DNA of 64,000 nt from Alphaproteobacteria bacterium (GCA_050180485.1 JBFXED010000021.1:245-64244), one strand, 5' to 3'. Shown: positions 40,055-49,594, numbered from the stretch's first letter. Translations and numbers: made by a program. The notes: generated by a model not told the origin, from the sequence alone.

Positions 40055-40313
40055 GTCATGCTTCGACAAGCTCAGCATGAGGACTTTCTTATCAGGCAAC
40101 CCCCTCCCCCAACCCCTCCCTCGTAGGGGAGGGGTGAAGGATAACGTGATGCATTCTTCTTACTCCCCTCCCCTACGAGGGAGGGGTTGGGGGAGGGGGT
40201 CTCTAAAGAGAAGTCCCTTGAGCCTGTCGAAACACTTGAGCGCCAGAGGCGCTCAAGCCGGCCTTCTCGACCTTCTTCGAAGGTCGAGCCCTTTGGCGGA
40301 GCTCAGGGTGAGG
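40055..40313. repeat. Nested composite REP-like cluster (family B arms around a family A 35-bp perfect inverted repeat)
   Basis: GTCATGCTTCGACAAGCTCAGCATGAGG at 40055; 40100-40134 is the exact reverse complement of 40165-40199; TGAGCCTGTCGAA at ~40219; further hairpins to 40313. Confidence 0.82.
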
Positions 40314-40322
40314 TTCATTTTT

Positions 40323-41144
40323 TCACTCGCCCTTGAAGTTGGGCACGCGGTCATCGAACCAGGCGTTGGTGCCTTCGATCGAATCCTTGGAGAACGAGGC
40401 CTTGAGGTAATACTCGCTCTCGAACATCAGCACTTCGTCCAAGGGCGCCTCGGTCGCCTTATCGATCATCTCTTTATGGAAGCGGATGGAGATGGGCGCG
40501 CGGCTGGCGATGACGTCGGCCATCTTCTTGGCCTCCTCGCGCTCCTTGCCCACGGGCACCACGCGGTTCACGAGGCCGATGCGGTGCGCCTCGACCGCCG
40601 GCCACCACTCGCCGAGATAGGCGATCTCTCTCGCGCGCGCGATGCCCACCTTCTGGGCCAGCATCTTGGTCGTGCCGTTGGTCATGGTGATGCTGAGCGT
40701 CACTTCGGGGCAGCCGAACTGCGCGTTCATGGACGCCACGACCAGGTCGCAGCCGATGCAGATCTCGGTGCCGCCGCCGACGCACCAGCCCTGAACGGCC
40801 GCGATGACGGGGAACGGCACCTGGCGGATCAGGCGCGTCACGCGCTGGGCGATCTGCTGCCAGGCGAACAGCTGCTCCTTCGAGACCGAGCCGTCGGCAA
40901 TGCCCTGGGAGTGCTCGCGGATTTCGGTCACGTCGTGGCCGGCCAGGAAGGACGTGCCGTTGGCCGCGATGATCAGGCAACGGACGTTCTTGTCCTTGCC
41001 CAGCGCCTCGATGGCGTCGCCGGCCTCTTCCCACATCACCATGGTGAAGGCGTTCGACTTCTTGGGCCGGTTGAAGATCACCCAGGCCACGTGACCTTCC
41101 TTCTTGGTGATGATCAGGCCGCTCTTGGAAACTGTCTCGCTCAT
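40323..41144 (-). CDS. Enoyl-CoA hydratase/isomerase (crotonase family)
   Basis: NRPKKSNAF, FLAGHD, PVIAAVQGWCVGGGTE, FGCPEV, GLVNRVVP. Confidence 0.9.
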   Translation of the reverse strand: MSETVSKSGLIITKKEGHVAWVIFNRPKKSNAFTMVMWEEAGDAIEALGKDKNVRCLIIAANGTSFLAGHDVTEIREHSQGIADGSVSKEQLFAWQQIAQRVTRLIRQVPFPVIAAVQGWCVGGGTEICIGCDLVVASMNAQFGCPEVTLSITMTNGTTKMLAQKVGIARAREIAYLGEWWPAVEAHRIGLVNRVVPVGKEREEAKKMADVIASRAPISIRFHKEMIDKATEAPLDEVLMFESEYYLKASFSKDSIEGTNAWFDDRVPNFKGE

Positions 41145-41172
41145 GGCACTCTCGGGGTTCGGGTGAAAACCG

Positions 41173-42792
41173 TTATCGCTTCAGCTTGACGCCCGCCTTC
41201 TCACGGTCCCAGGTCGTAGGCGTGAGGCCGCGTTCGCGCAGCGGGAATTTCTGGATCTTGCCGGTCGGCGTCTTGGGCAGGGCGTCGATCGTGTCGACAT
41301 AGCGCGGGATCATGAAATAGGCCATGCGCGGCTCGAGGAAGCGGATCAGCTCGACCGGATCGACCGTCATGCCCTGCTTGGGCACGATCACGGCCATCAC
41401 TTCCTGTTCGGTGTGTTCGGATTCCGCCGGGATCACCGCACATTCCAGGATGGAAGGGTGCTTCACGATCTCCTGCTCCACCTCCATCGACGAGATGTTC
41501 TCGCCGCGGCGGCGGATGGCGTCCTTGGTACGGTCGACGAAGTAGTAATTGCCCTCCTCGTCGCGCATCAGCATGTCGCCCGTGTGATACCAGAGGTTCC
41601 GCCACGCCTTGACCGTCCAGTCGGGGTGGTTCCAGTAGCCCAGCGTCATGTCCCACGGGTTCTTGGTGCGCACGCACATCTCGCCCGGCACGTTGGGCGG
41701 CACCTCTTCGTCGTTCTCGTCGACGATGCGGACCTCGTAGCGGTCGAGCAGCGGCCGCCCGCAGGTGCGGTTGTTGGCCAGGTTGAAGCTGGAGCGCATG
41801 GGGCAGTTCTGCTCGGTCCCGCCATACGTCGTGGAGACACGGACGCCGAAGCGCGTCTTGAAATCCTCCACCTCGGGCAACAGCGGCACGACGATGATGC
41901 GGTCCATCGTGTTGTCCGCATCGTTCGGCAGCGGCGCCTGGCGGTAGAGAAAATTGGCCATCGCGCCGAGAAGGAACGAGATCGTGGCCTTGTACTTGCG
42001 CACGTCGTTCCAGAACTCGGTCAGCGAGAAGGTGCCGGTCAAGACCGCCGTGCATTCGGCGATCATGCAGGCATAGACCACGGCCCATTGGCCCGCGATG
42101 TGGAACATGGGCAGCGGCGCGTAATAGATGTCTTCCGGCTGCATCTCCAGAAGCTCGACCGCCACCACCGCGTATTCGTAGGCATGGGCGTGGCAGTTCA
42201 TGGAACCCTTGGACGGACCCGTCGTGCCCGAGGTGTACATGACACCCATGATGTCGCGGTAGGTCGGGCCGGGCTCCTTCAGCGCCGATTCGTCCGCGTC
42301 GAACAATTTCTCGAAGCGCACCTCTTCCATGCGGCCGGACAGGCTCGCGGGCAGGCCCGGCTCCTTGCCGTTGGCGTCCTTGCTGTAAAGGACGAGGCGT
42401 TTCAGATCCTTGAGGTCGCCCAGCACGAACTCGATGCGGTCGAGATACTGCCGGTCCACGATCATGGTGGCGGCCAGCGAATCGTTCAGGATGTGGGCGA
42501 AGACCGTGCCCTTGGCGTGGTTGTTCACCGGCACCTCGATGGCGCCGATCTTGGCCAGGGCGCACCAGGCCAGGATGTAGTCGATCGTGTCGGGCAGCAT
42601 GATCAGCACGGTGTCGCCGTGCTTGATGCCGGCCTTCAGGAAACCCCGCGCCAACGCGTTAGAGCGCTGGTCCATCTCGCGGTAGGAATAGGCGCGCTCG
42701 GCCGTGACGATCCACGGCTTGTCGCCGAGCTTGTCGGCGCGCCGTTTCAGCACCTCTCGCAAGGTGCGTTCTTTCCGCGGCTCCAGAGCCAT
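41173..42792 (-). CDS. CaiC-like acyl-CoA ligase
   Basis: MYTSGTTGPSKG, YGGTE, WYHTGD, FVDRTKDAIRRRGENISSMEVE, LPKTPTGKIQK. Confidence 0.92.
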   Translation of the reverse strand: MALEPRKERTLREVLKRRADKLGDKPWIVTAERAYSYREMDQRSNALARGFLKAGIKHGDTVLIMLPDTIDYILAWCALAKIGAIEVPVNNHAKGTVFAHILNDSLAATMIVDRQYLDRIEFVLGDLKDLKRLVLYSKDANGKEPGLPASLSGRMEEVRFEKLFDADESALKEPGPTYRDIMGVMYTSGTTGPSKGSMNCHAHAYEYAVVAVELLEMQPEDIYYAPLPMFHIAGQWAVVYACMIAECTAVLTGTFSLTEFWNDVRKYKATISFLLGAMANFLYRQAPLPNDADNTMDRIIVVPLLPEVEDFKTRFGVRVSTTYGGTEQNCPMRSSFNLANNRTCGRPLLDRYEVRIVDENDEEVPPNVPGEMCVRTKNPWDMTLGYWNHPDWTVKAWRNLWYHTGDMLMRDEEGNYYFVDRTKDAIRRRGENISSMEVEQEIVKHPSILECAVIPAESEHTEQEVMAVIVPKQGMTVDPVELIRFLEPRMAYFMIPRYVDTIDALPKTPTGKIQKFPLRERGLTPTTWDREKAGVKLKR

Positions 42793-42921
42793 CGATTCCT
42801 CCCAACCCCCGGGTCGAGAAACCGACCGGTGAGTCCGTTCCGATGTTATGGGCGGGATTTTAGCCGATCAAGAGGCCCGGGCGAACGGCAGGCGATTGCA
42901 GGGTAAATGAAAATGAAAAGT

Positions 42922-43024
42922 GTCGCCCCGGCCTCCGAGCCGGGGCCTAGTCGCGCGGAGCGCGCCGAGGCTTTTTGTCGGCCTACCGGCCTCCACTAGG
43001 TCCCGGCTCGGAGGCCGGGACGAC
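42922..43024. repeat. REP-like inverted pair (family C)
   Basis: GTCGCCCCGGCCTCCGAGCCGGGGCCTAG ... CTAGGTCCCGGCTCGGAGGCCGGGACGAC, near-perfect inverted arms, each self-complementary. Confidence 0.8.
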
Positions 43025-43042
43025 GATTACGGGGTGGCAAAT

Positions 43043-43780
43043 TCAGTTTTGCTGCAAAAACAATTTCTTCACGAAGGCCAGGGCCTCGGCCCGGGGCGTG
43101 CCGGGCTTGAGCGCGGGGTCGTAAAGTGTGTGCAGCAGAAGCTCGCCCGCAGGTGTTAGGCCCGAGCCCCGATACTTATAACCGGGCACCGGATCCTTGA
43201 TACCTGGCGCGTCGTTGGGCAGGCCCAACACCTGGGTCATTTCCTCCAAGAGACAACGTTCAAGCTCGTTTTTCGGCCGTTCCACGTTGGCCACCACGGC
43301 ACCGTAAAGGATGCGGTCCTCCTTGGAATAGGACAGAAAGTAGCAGCCGCCCGACGCCGCATCGACGATGCGCTTGAGCCTGGCCGGGTCCTTCTCCACC
43401 AGTGCGCCCGCGTCATACATTTTGTCGCGCGGCACCAGCATGACGACCAGGTTCTCGCCCGCCTCCTTGGGGCCGATCTCCTGATAAGCGCTGCCGGTCA
43501 GGCTCGCGAGCATCGTTGCGTGGCGCTGGACCACCGGGCGCCAGGTGGCCAGATCGCTGCCGGCCAGTTTGTAGCGGATTGGCACCGTCCACTTGCGCAC
43601 GCGTTCCGCCGGTGCCACGCCCGGAATCTCGCTGCCAAACACCACGATATCGAAAAGGCGGGTCAGCCGCTCCGCCTCCTCCGCCGTGCGCGCGTGAGCG
43701 GTGATGCCGGCAAGAAGAGCTGCCAGAAGGAGTGCTGCCGCGACGACCCGGCGCGAAGCGAGATGCATGACGTGCTTCAT
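43043..43780 (-). CDS. DUF2927-like exported protein
   Basis: Signal peptide; VRKWT.PIRY, C.F, CLLEEMTQVLGLPND, LL.TLYDP.LKPG. Confidence 0.75.
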   Translation of the reverse strand: MKHVMHLASRRVVAAALLLAALLAGITAHARTAEEAERLTRLFDIVVFGSEIPGVAPAERVRKWTVPIRYKLAGSDLATWRPVVQRHATMLASLTGSAYQEIGPKEAGENLVVMLVPRDKMYDAGALVEKDPARLKRIVDAASGGCYFLSYSKEDRILYGAVVANVERPKNELERCLLEEMTQVLGLPNDAPGIKDPVPGYKYRGSGLTPAGELLLHTLYDPALKPGTPRAEALAFVKKLFLQQN

Positions 43781-43815
43781 TCCAAACGATTCCACGGCCG
43801 AAGAGTTTTCTACTA

Positions 43816-43966
43816 CCCCCTTCCCCCATCCCCTCCCTCGTTGGGGGAGGGGAGAAAAAGACGATACGGCAACATTTGCCAATCCCCCTCCAACGCGGAA
43901 GAGGTCAAATGATCGCGGTTCCCTATTTCACCCCTCCCCTACGAGGGAGGGGTAAGGGGGAGGGGG
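43816..43966. repeat. REP-like inverted pair (family A)
   Basis: CCCCCTTCCCCCATCCCCTCCCTCGTTGGGGGAGGGG ... CCCCTCCCCTACGAGGGAGGGGTAAGGGGGAGGGGG. Confidence 0.8.
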
Positions 43967-43973
43967 AAGAAAA

Positions 43974-45347
43974 CTATCGCAACCCCGCGCGCTTGCGCTT
44001 GACGCGGGCAGCCTGAGCGGCGGATTCGTATACGGCACCTTCGTCCATGCGGGTCAGACGGCCGTGCTTCACCAGCACCTCGCCATCCACCAGCACCGTG
44101 TCCACCGTACGCGACTTGGCCAAAAGAAGCTGGTGGCGCACCGCGTTGTGGCGCGGCCAAGCTTCCGGCGTGTCGTTGTTGCGAATCACGATGTCGGCGC
44201 GCTTGCCCGCTTCCAGGCTGCCGATCTCCTTGTCCATCATCAGCGCCTTGGCGCCGTTGATCGTGTACATGCGCAGCAGATCGGTGGGCGAGATGTATTC
44301 GTTCTGGTCGCGCGCGAGAAGATAGGCCGTATAGATCTGGTCGCCGAAGGATGCCGCCTTGCTGACGTCGAGGCCGATGCAAATGTTGACGCCGCGCTTG
44401 TGGAGCGAGGGGAACGGCGTCTTCACCGTTTGCCGCGCGCCATAATACCAAGAATTGGTCGGGCTCCAGACGATGGACAGGCCCGAATCCACCACCGGGT
44501 CCAATTCGTCCGGGCGCAGCACGTTCATGTGCACGAAGACGCAATTCTTGCCGAGCAGGCCGATCTCCTCGAAATGCACCAGCGGGTGCTTGCCGAAGCG
44601 GCGGTCGTCGAACTCGGCGTCGTCCACGCTCTGCGACTGGTGCATGTTGAAGGGCACCTTGTTGCGGTCGGCGCAGTGCTTGGCGGCCAGGCGCAGCTCG
44701 TCCGAATCGTTGCCCATGCCGTAGACCGAGATGTGGGCGCGCACGCGGCTATCCTTGTCCTTGTTGCGCCAGAGCTGCTTGCCCAGCCCCTTGATCGCGG
44801 CCTTGCGGCCCACCGTAGCGCGGCGGATGTCGGAGATCTGCGGCCCCTTCTCGTCCAGCAGCCACGGATCGGCGACCGAGACGCGGAAACCCAACGCGTC
44901 CGACGCCCGCGCCAGGTTCTCCGGCTCGAACGCCGAGCCGGGGTCCATGACCGAGGTCACGCCGCTCTTCAGCATGTCGAGGCCAAGCAACAGGGAGCTT
45001 GCGTATTCCTCCTCGTCCTCGACCGCGTTGATCAGGCGCGTGTACTGGTCGGCCACCCAAGGGCCCGGGTCCTCGCCGCCGAAATCGGCCTCGGCGATCA
45101 TCTTGCCCACCATGTGGAAGGTCAGGTGGTAATGCATGTCGATGAAGCCCGGATGCACCAAGCCGCCCTTGGCGTCGATGCTGCGCGCGGCTTCGTACTT
45201 GGCCGCGATGGCTTTGTCGGGCCCGACCGCGACAATGTCCCTGCCCCTGATGGCGATGGCGCCGTCCGTATAGGTCGAATTCTTCTTGTCGCAGGTCAGG
45301 ATGTGGGCGTTGCGGATCAACAGATCGCTCGCGGTCTTCTTGGCCAT
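43974..45347 (-). CDS. Amidohydrolase/deaminase (AtzA/MTA-SAH deaminase-like), paralog 1
   Basis: PGFIDMHYH, MLKSGVT, MHQSQS, FVHMN, GLDVS, TINGAKAL, GSLEAGKRADIV. Confidence 0.88.
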   Translation of the reverse strand: MAKKTASDLLIRNAHILTCDKKNSTYTDGAIAIRGRDIVAVGPDKAIAAKYEAARSIDAKGGLVHPGFIDMHYHLTFHMVGKMIAEADFGGEDPGPWVADQYTRLINAVEDEEEYASSLLLGLDMLKSGVTSVMDPGSAFEPENLARASDALGFRVSVADPWLLDEKGPQISDIRRATVGRKAAIKGLGKQLWRNKDKDSRVRAHISVYGMGNDSDELRLAAKHCADRNKVPFNMHQSQSVDDAEFDDRRFGKHPLVHFEEIGLLGKNCVFVHMNVLRPDELDPVVDSGLSIVWSPTNSWYYGARQTVKTPFPSLHKRGVNICIGLDVSKAASFGDQIYTAYLLARDQNEYISPTDLLRMYTINGAKALMMDKEIGSLEAGKRADIVIRNNDTPEAWPRHNAVRHQLLLAKSRTVDTVLVDGEVLVKHGRLTRMDEGAVYESAAQAARVKRKRAGLR

Positions 45348-45377
45348 GGTGTCCTCCCTCTCGTGTTCGCCCGCGCC

Positions 45378-46754
45378 TTACGCCAGCCCGGCCCGCTCGC
45401 GCAAGGTGCGGGCCGCGCGGTCGGCGCGGTCGTAGATGACGTTTTCGTCCAATTTCGCGTGGCGGCCGCCTTCGAGCAGTACCTCGCCGTCCACCAGCAC
45501 GGTGTCCACGGACTTCCCGCGCGCGATCAGGAGCTGCTGACGCTCCTGGTTGTAACGCGGCCAGGTCTCGGGGCGGTCTTGCGAGCGGATCACGATGTCG
45601 GCGCGCTTGCCGGCCTCCAGCGAGCCCAGCCACGGCTCCCAACCCATCGCATAGGCGGCGTTCCGGGTCTGCATCTGGAGCAAATCCTCGGGCGAGAGAT
45701 GGTCGCCCTGATCGCGCGCGATCAGATAGGCCATGTGCGCCTGGTCGCCGAAGGACGCCGCCTTGCTGACGTCCAGGCCGAGGGTGACGTTGACGCCGCG
45801 CTTGACCAGCTTGGGAATGCGGTTGGGCGCGCGCATCCGCGTGCCGTAATACCAGGAGTTGGTCGGGCTCCAGACCACACTGATGGGCGAGCGCGCCACC
45901 GCCTCCACCTCGTCGTCGCGCAGCACGTTCATATGCACGAAGACGCAGGAACGCGACAGCAGCCCCTCCTCCACATAGGCAACCAAAGGGTGCCTCCCCA
46001 GCTTGCGGTCGTCGGCTTCCGCATCGTCCGTGCTTTGCGATTGGTGCATGTTGAAGGCGCAGCCGTTCTTTTCCGCCAGCGCCTTGGCATGGCGGATCAT
46101 CGCCAGCGAATTCGCCGAGCAGCCGTAGATGGCGATGTGGCCGCGCACTTTCGCGTTCTTGTCCCGGTTGCGCCCAAGCTGGCCGCCAAGATGTTTCGCG
46201 CCGTGCTCGAAGGTCGGAACCACGCCACGGATATTGGTGAAGGCAGGGTCGTCCGAATCGACGATCCACGGATCGGCAAAGCTCGCCCGTCCGCCCACGG
46301 TCGTCACGGCGTCGGCCACGGCGTCGTGGGAATAGATGGTGCCCGGGTCGACGAAACCCGTGACTCCGTTCTTGAGCATGTCGAGGCACGCCAGCGCGCC
46401 GTTCGCCCATTCCTCCTCGGGCCCCAACGCGTTGTTCATGCCGGTGTACTGCTTGGCGATCCAGGCCGTGGGATCGGCGCCCTCGAAGGACACTTCCTGG
46501 ATCATCTTGCCGATCATGTGCTGGGTGACGTGGTAGTGCGCGTCGATCATGCCCGGATGGACCATCCCGCCACGGGCATCGATCGTGCGCCTGGCGCGGA
46601 AGCGCGCCTCGATCTCGGCCGACGGGCCGACCACCACGATCTCGCGGCCCCGAATGGCCACTGCGCCGTCTTCGTGCTTCGTGCGTTTGGCATCGCATGT
46701 CAGCACATAGGCGTTACGGATCAGCACATCGCAGGCTTCGGTCTTGTCGGCCAT
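45378..46754 (-). CDS. Amidohydrolase/deaminase, paralog 2
   Basis: PGMIDAHYH, MLKNGVT, MHQSQS, FVHMN, GLDVS, GSLEAGKRADIV. Confidence 0.88.
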   Translation of the reverse strand: MADKTEACDVLIRNAYVLTCDAKRTKHEDGAVAIRGREIVVVGPSAEIEARFRARRTIDARGGMVHPGMIDAHYHVTQHMIGKMIQEVSFEGADPTAWIAKQYTGMNNALGPEEEWANGALACLDMLKNGVTGFVDPGTIYSHDAVADAVTTVGGRASFADPWIVDSDDPAFTNIRGVVPTFEHGAKHLGGQLGRNRDKNAKVRGHIAIYGCSANSLAMIRHAKALAEKNGCAFNMHQSQSTDDAEADDRKLGRHPLVAYVEEGLLSRSCVFVHMNVLRDDEVEAVARSPISVVWSPTNSWYYGTRMRAPNRIPKLVKRGVNVTLGLDVSKAASFGDQAHMAYLIARDQGDHLSPEDLLQMQTRNAAYAMGWEPWLGSLEAGKRADIVIRSQDRPETWPRYNQERQQLLIARGKSVDTVLVDGEVLLEGGRHAKLDENVIYDRADRAARTLRERAGLA

Positions 46755-46845
46755 CGCGGTCCTCCCCCGGTCAAGCGCGCGAATGCTAGCACGCCGCGCC
46801 CGGCAGGGAATTAGGCCGATCGTATGGACTGTCGGCGCTCCTTCT

Positions 46846-46966
46846 CCCCCTCACCCGCTCGCTTCGCTCGCCACCTCTCCCGCGTTGGGGAGAGGGTTCA
46901 ATAACATCATGTCCCCTCCCCTACGAGGGAGGCTTAAGCCGCGAAGCGGATTAAGGGGGGAGGGGG
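46846..46966. repeat. REP-like inverted pair (family A with inserted GCGAAGC hairpins)
   Basis: CCCCCTCACCCGCTCGCTTCGCTCGCCACCTCTCCCGCGTTGGGGAGAGGG ... CCCCTCCCCTACGAGGGAGGCTTAAGCCGCGAAGCGGATTAAGGGGGGAGGGGG. Confidence 0.78.
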
Positions 46967-47050
46967 AATCCAAATCACATTCTCGGGAGCGAGGGCTGCA
47001 ACCCCGATGCGGACGCACTAGATTAGACGGGCGGAACCCAGGAGGCGGCC

Positions 47051-47461
47051 ATGAACACGAAAACCAAGATCAACAAGAGCGAAACCGAGTGGCGCAAGGA
47101 TCTCTCGCCCGAGCAGTACCATGTCACGCGCGAACACGGCACGGAGCGCGCCTGGAGCGGCAAGTACAACGAGCACAAGGGCAAGGGCACCTACAAATGC
47201 GTCTGCTGCGGCGAGCCCTTGTTCGCTTCCGACACGAAATATGAGTCCGGCAGCGGCTGGCCGAGCTTCTGGGCGCCGCTGAATGAGGGCGCGGTCGAGA
47301 CCACAACGGACAAAAGCCACGGCATGGTCCGCACCGAGGTTCATTGCGCCAAGTGCGACGCGCATCTCGGCCATGTCTTCCCCGACGGACCGAAGCCGAC
47401 GGGCCTGCGCTACTGCATGAACTCGGCGTCGCTCGACTTCGAGGACAAAGAGAAGAAGTAG
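47051..47461 (+). CDS. msrB: Peptide-methionine (R)-S-oxide reductase
   Basis: [47 protein letters not shown]. Confidence 0.96.
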   Translation: MNTKTKINKSETEWRKDLSPEQYHVTREHGTERAWSGKYNEHKGKGTYKCVCCGEPLFASDTKYESGSGWPSFWAPLNEGAVETTTDKSHGMVRTEVHCAKCDAHLGHVFPDGPKPTGLRYCMNSASLDFEDKEKK

Positions 47462-47465
47462 CCCC

Positions 47466-48350
47466 TCACTCGCCCCGGCGGTGTTCCGCGGACAGAACCG
47501 CGATCCCGCCGGCGACGATCAGGGCGATTCCCACGAAGGCGGCGCGACTCGGAAGCTCGGCGAACGCCAGCCAGCCGAACAGGGTCGCCGTCACCAGCTC
47601 GAGATAGACCAGCGGCGAAAGAGCCGCCGTGTCGGCGTGACGGAACGCCACGATCACAAGGAAATGGCAGAAGGTCGACAGCGCGCCCATCGCGAAGACA
47701 AGCGCCAGCGCCTCGCCCGTCGGCCATGACCAGTGAAGGACGGCCAGCGGCGTCAAAAAGAGTGCGCCAAGAATGCACTGCGCCAGAAGCGCAGGCAGCG
47801 GCGGCGTCTTTGCGGCCATAACGCGGGTCGCGACCAAATACCCGCCGACCAGCACGCCGCTGGCGACAGCCAGCAGCGCCCCGAGCTGAAACTCCCCGCC
47901 AGGACGGACGATGAGGAGCGCACCGATCAGGCCAGCCGCGACAGCCGCGCTCCGGCGCGCCGTCATCGCCTCGCCCAAAAGCCGCGCGGCCAGAACCGCG
48001 GCGATGACGGGCCCGATGAAATAGCCGCCCAACGCCGTGGCCAGCGGGATTTCCGAGATCGCCCAGAAAAAGCATGTCATCGCGCTGACCACGAGGAGTG
48101 CGCGAAGCCAGTTCGACGCCATGGCGTCCTTGACCGCGTGCATTCGCACGCCGCGCGCCACCGCCAGCGGAAGCACGAGCAGGGCCGCGGCGGTATATCG
48201 CGCCCAGGCCACCAGGAACGGCGAATGCGTTTCGATCAACAGCTTCGCGATACCGTCGACCAACGGCAACGTGAGGGAGGAGACGCTCATCAGCGCGATG
48301 CCGGTGAGCGGCACGGGTTTCCCCGTCTGTAAGGCCCAACTGTCCGCCAT
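47466..48350 (-). CDS. DMT/EamA transporter
   Basis: Two EamA repeats, about 10 TM; LLGE, LIVRPG, LSPLVY, F.ELP. Confidence 0.87.
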   Translation of the reverse strand: MADSWALQTGKPVPLTGIALMSVSSLTLPLVDGIAKLLIETHSPFLVAWARYTAAALLVLPLAVARGVRMHAVKDAMASNWLRALLVVSAMTCFFWAISEIPLATALGGYFIGPVIAAVLAARLLGEAMTARRSAAVAAGLIGALLIVRPGGEFQLGALLAVASGVLVGGYLVATRVMAAKTPPLPALLAQCILGALFLTPLAVLHWSWPTGEALALVFAMGALSTFCHFLVIVAFRHADTAALSPLVYLELVTATLFGWLAFAELPSRAAFVGIALIVAGGIAVLSAEHRRGE

Positions 48351-48369
48351 GGCGAAAATCACTTGATCG

Positions 48370-48446
48370 GTAACTGCCGTAACTTAGGATACTAGTGACA
48401 TAAGCTCGCACGATAGGTGACTAGTCAAGTGAAATTAGACAGTTAC
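48370..48446. promoter_or_regulatory. Pair of inverted 30-bp candidate operator sites between divergent EamA and CGNR genes
   Basis: GTAACTG-N14-ACTAGTGAC (48370-48399) and, on the minus strand, GTAACTG-N14-ACTAGTCAC (48417-48446). Confidence 0.55.
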
Positions 48447-48992
48447 GTAGACACCGGCATCCTGGTCGCCCAGCAATTGGTGAACGGCCTGACGCCGGGG
48501 TTTGACCGGGGCAAGCCGATGGAGGCGATCGATCCGGCGGGCGTTCTGGCCGCGACGCTGGCCGTCGATCCGCCGTCGCTCACGGCGCTCAGGAAGCGCG
48601 ACGAGGCCGGCTTCGTTCAATTGGCGCGAGAGCTTCGCGCGGTCTTCGGCCATCTCGACCGCGCGGAGATCGATGCCGCCGCGCGGCGGCTCAACATGCT
48701 TCTTGGCGAGAGCCCGGCGAATCCGCATCTGGCGAAAGAGGACGGGGTTTGGCGCTTGCATCGCCACCCGGCCCACGCGGCCCTCCTTCCCATGTGGACG
48801 TCGATCTGCGCGGAGGCGATCGCGCGCATGATCGGTGCACAGAACGCCGGCCGTTTCGGTGTCTGCGTCGCGACGAACTGCGACCGGGTTTTCGTCGATA
48901 CGAGCAAGAACGCCAGCCGGCGCTTCTGCTCCCTCACCTGTCAGAACCGGACGAAGGTGGCCGCGTTCCGCGCGCGGAAAGGCGGCGGCTAG
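48417..48992 (+). CDS. CGNR zinc-finger (ABATE) putative regulator
   Basis: C....C..VFVDTSKNASRRFCS..CQNRTKVAAFRAR. Confidence 0.88.
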   Translation: MTSQVKLDSYVDTGILVAQQLVNGLTPGFDRGKPMEAIDPAGVLAATLAVDPPSLTALRKRDEAGFVQLARELRAVFGHLDRAEIDAAARRLNMLLGESPANPHLAKEDGVWRLHRHPAHAALLPMWTSICAEAIARMIGAQNAGRFGVCVATNCDRVFVDTSKNASRRFCSLTCQNRTKVAAFRARKGGG

Positions 48993-49000
48993 CAGCGCTT

Positions 49001-49594
49001 TTATTTCCCGTTTCGCACCGTCTTCTTCATCTCCGCTGACCCCTTCCGTGCCACCGCCTTGCCATCGACTTTGGCCTCGCCCTTCGCCATCGCCTTTTCC
49101 ATCCGCGCGAGCAGATAGTAATCATGCTCGTCGCGGTAAGGCTTAAGGTCGAGGTCCGCGGGCACGCGCCGCAATTGTTCGTGGCCGATCTCCTTCACGT
49201 GGCCCTGCATGAAGCGATCGTAGGCGTGCCACTCGATCCGGTCGGCGCGCACGGCCGCCTGCTCGGCCCGCGTCGCGATCTGGTGGGCGTGGAGATAATG
49301 CAGCCCGAGATGGTCGATCAGCGCCTTCTCCACCTCCTCATGGAGGATCAGGTAGCGGTCCACCTCGACGACGCGCGCGCGGTAGACGAAGGTCTCCGGC
49401 AGGTGCCGGTCGATATAGATCGTTCGTCCGTCCACGCTGTAGCCCGCGAGATAGGGTACGTCGTGCTCCCGGTCGAGAACGGCGCGGCGCAGGATGGCGT
49501 CCACGGCCCGGTCCATCATCAGGCTCGAGACGTACCATTCCGGGATGCGCAGTTTCTTGTGGGCGGCGATCGGGTGGCAGCGCGAGCCGGCCAT
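49001..49594 (-). CDS. Hypothetical His/Glu-rich protein
   Basis: C-terminal part of ORF 49001..50626 with ATG after AGGGGG; DVPYLAGYS.DG.TIYID, LILHEEVEK, YLHAHQIA. Confidence 0.65.
   Translation of the reverse strand: MAGSRCHPIAAHKKLRIPEWYVSSLMMDRAVDAILRRAVLDREHDVPYLAGYSVDGRTIYIDRHLPETFVYRARVVEVDRYLILHEEVEKALIDHLGLHYLHAHQIATRAEQAAVRADRIEWHAYDRFMQGHVKEIGHEQLRRVPADLDLKPYRDEHDYYLLARMEKAMAKGEAKVDGKAVARKGSAEMKKTVRNGK

Noticed and set aside
40055-40313. Possible CRISPR array
   Set aside because: Repeats are inverted and heterogeneous, with no regular repeat-spacer period and no cas genes.
40077-40322. Peptides like PLPQPLPRRGG / SPPLRGRGWGRG at the starts of several ORFs (also ~43880, ~46900, ~51900)
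   Set aside because: Translations of the family A palindrome, not real protein domains.
44064-46814. 916-aa ORF on + strand, and similar long opposite-strand ORFs (e.g. 6537..8687, 12842..14296, 15607..17208)
   Set aside because: Antisense to well-supported genes; long stop-free shadow frames are expected at high GC; no motifs.
47051-47461. Selenocysteine recoding in MsrB
   Set aside because: Catalytic residue is a Cys codon (RYCMNS); no in-frame TGA.
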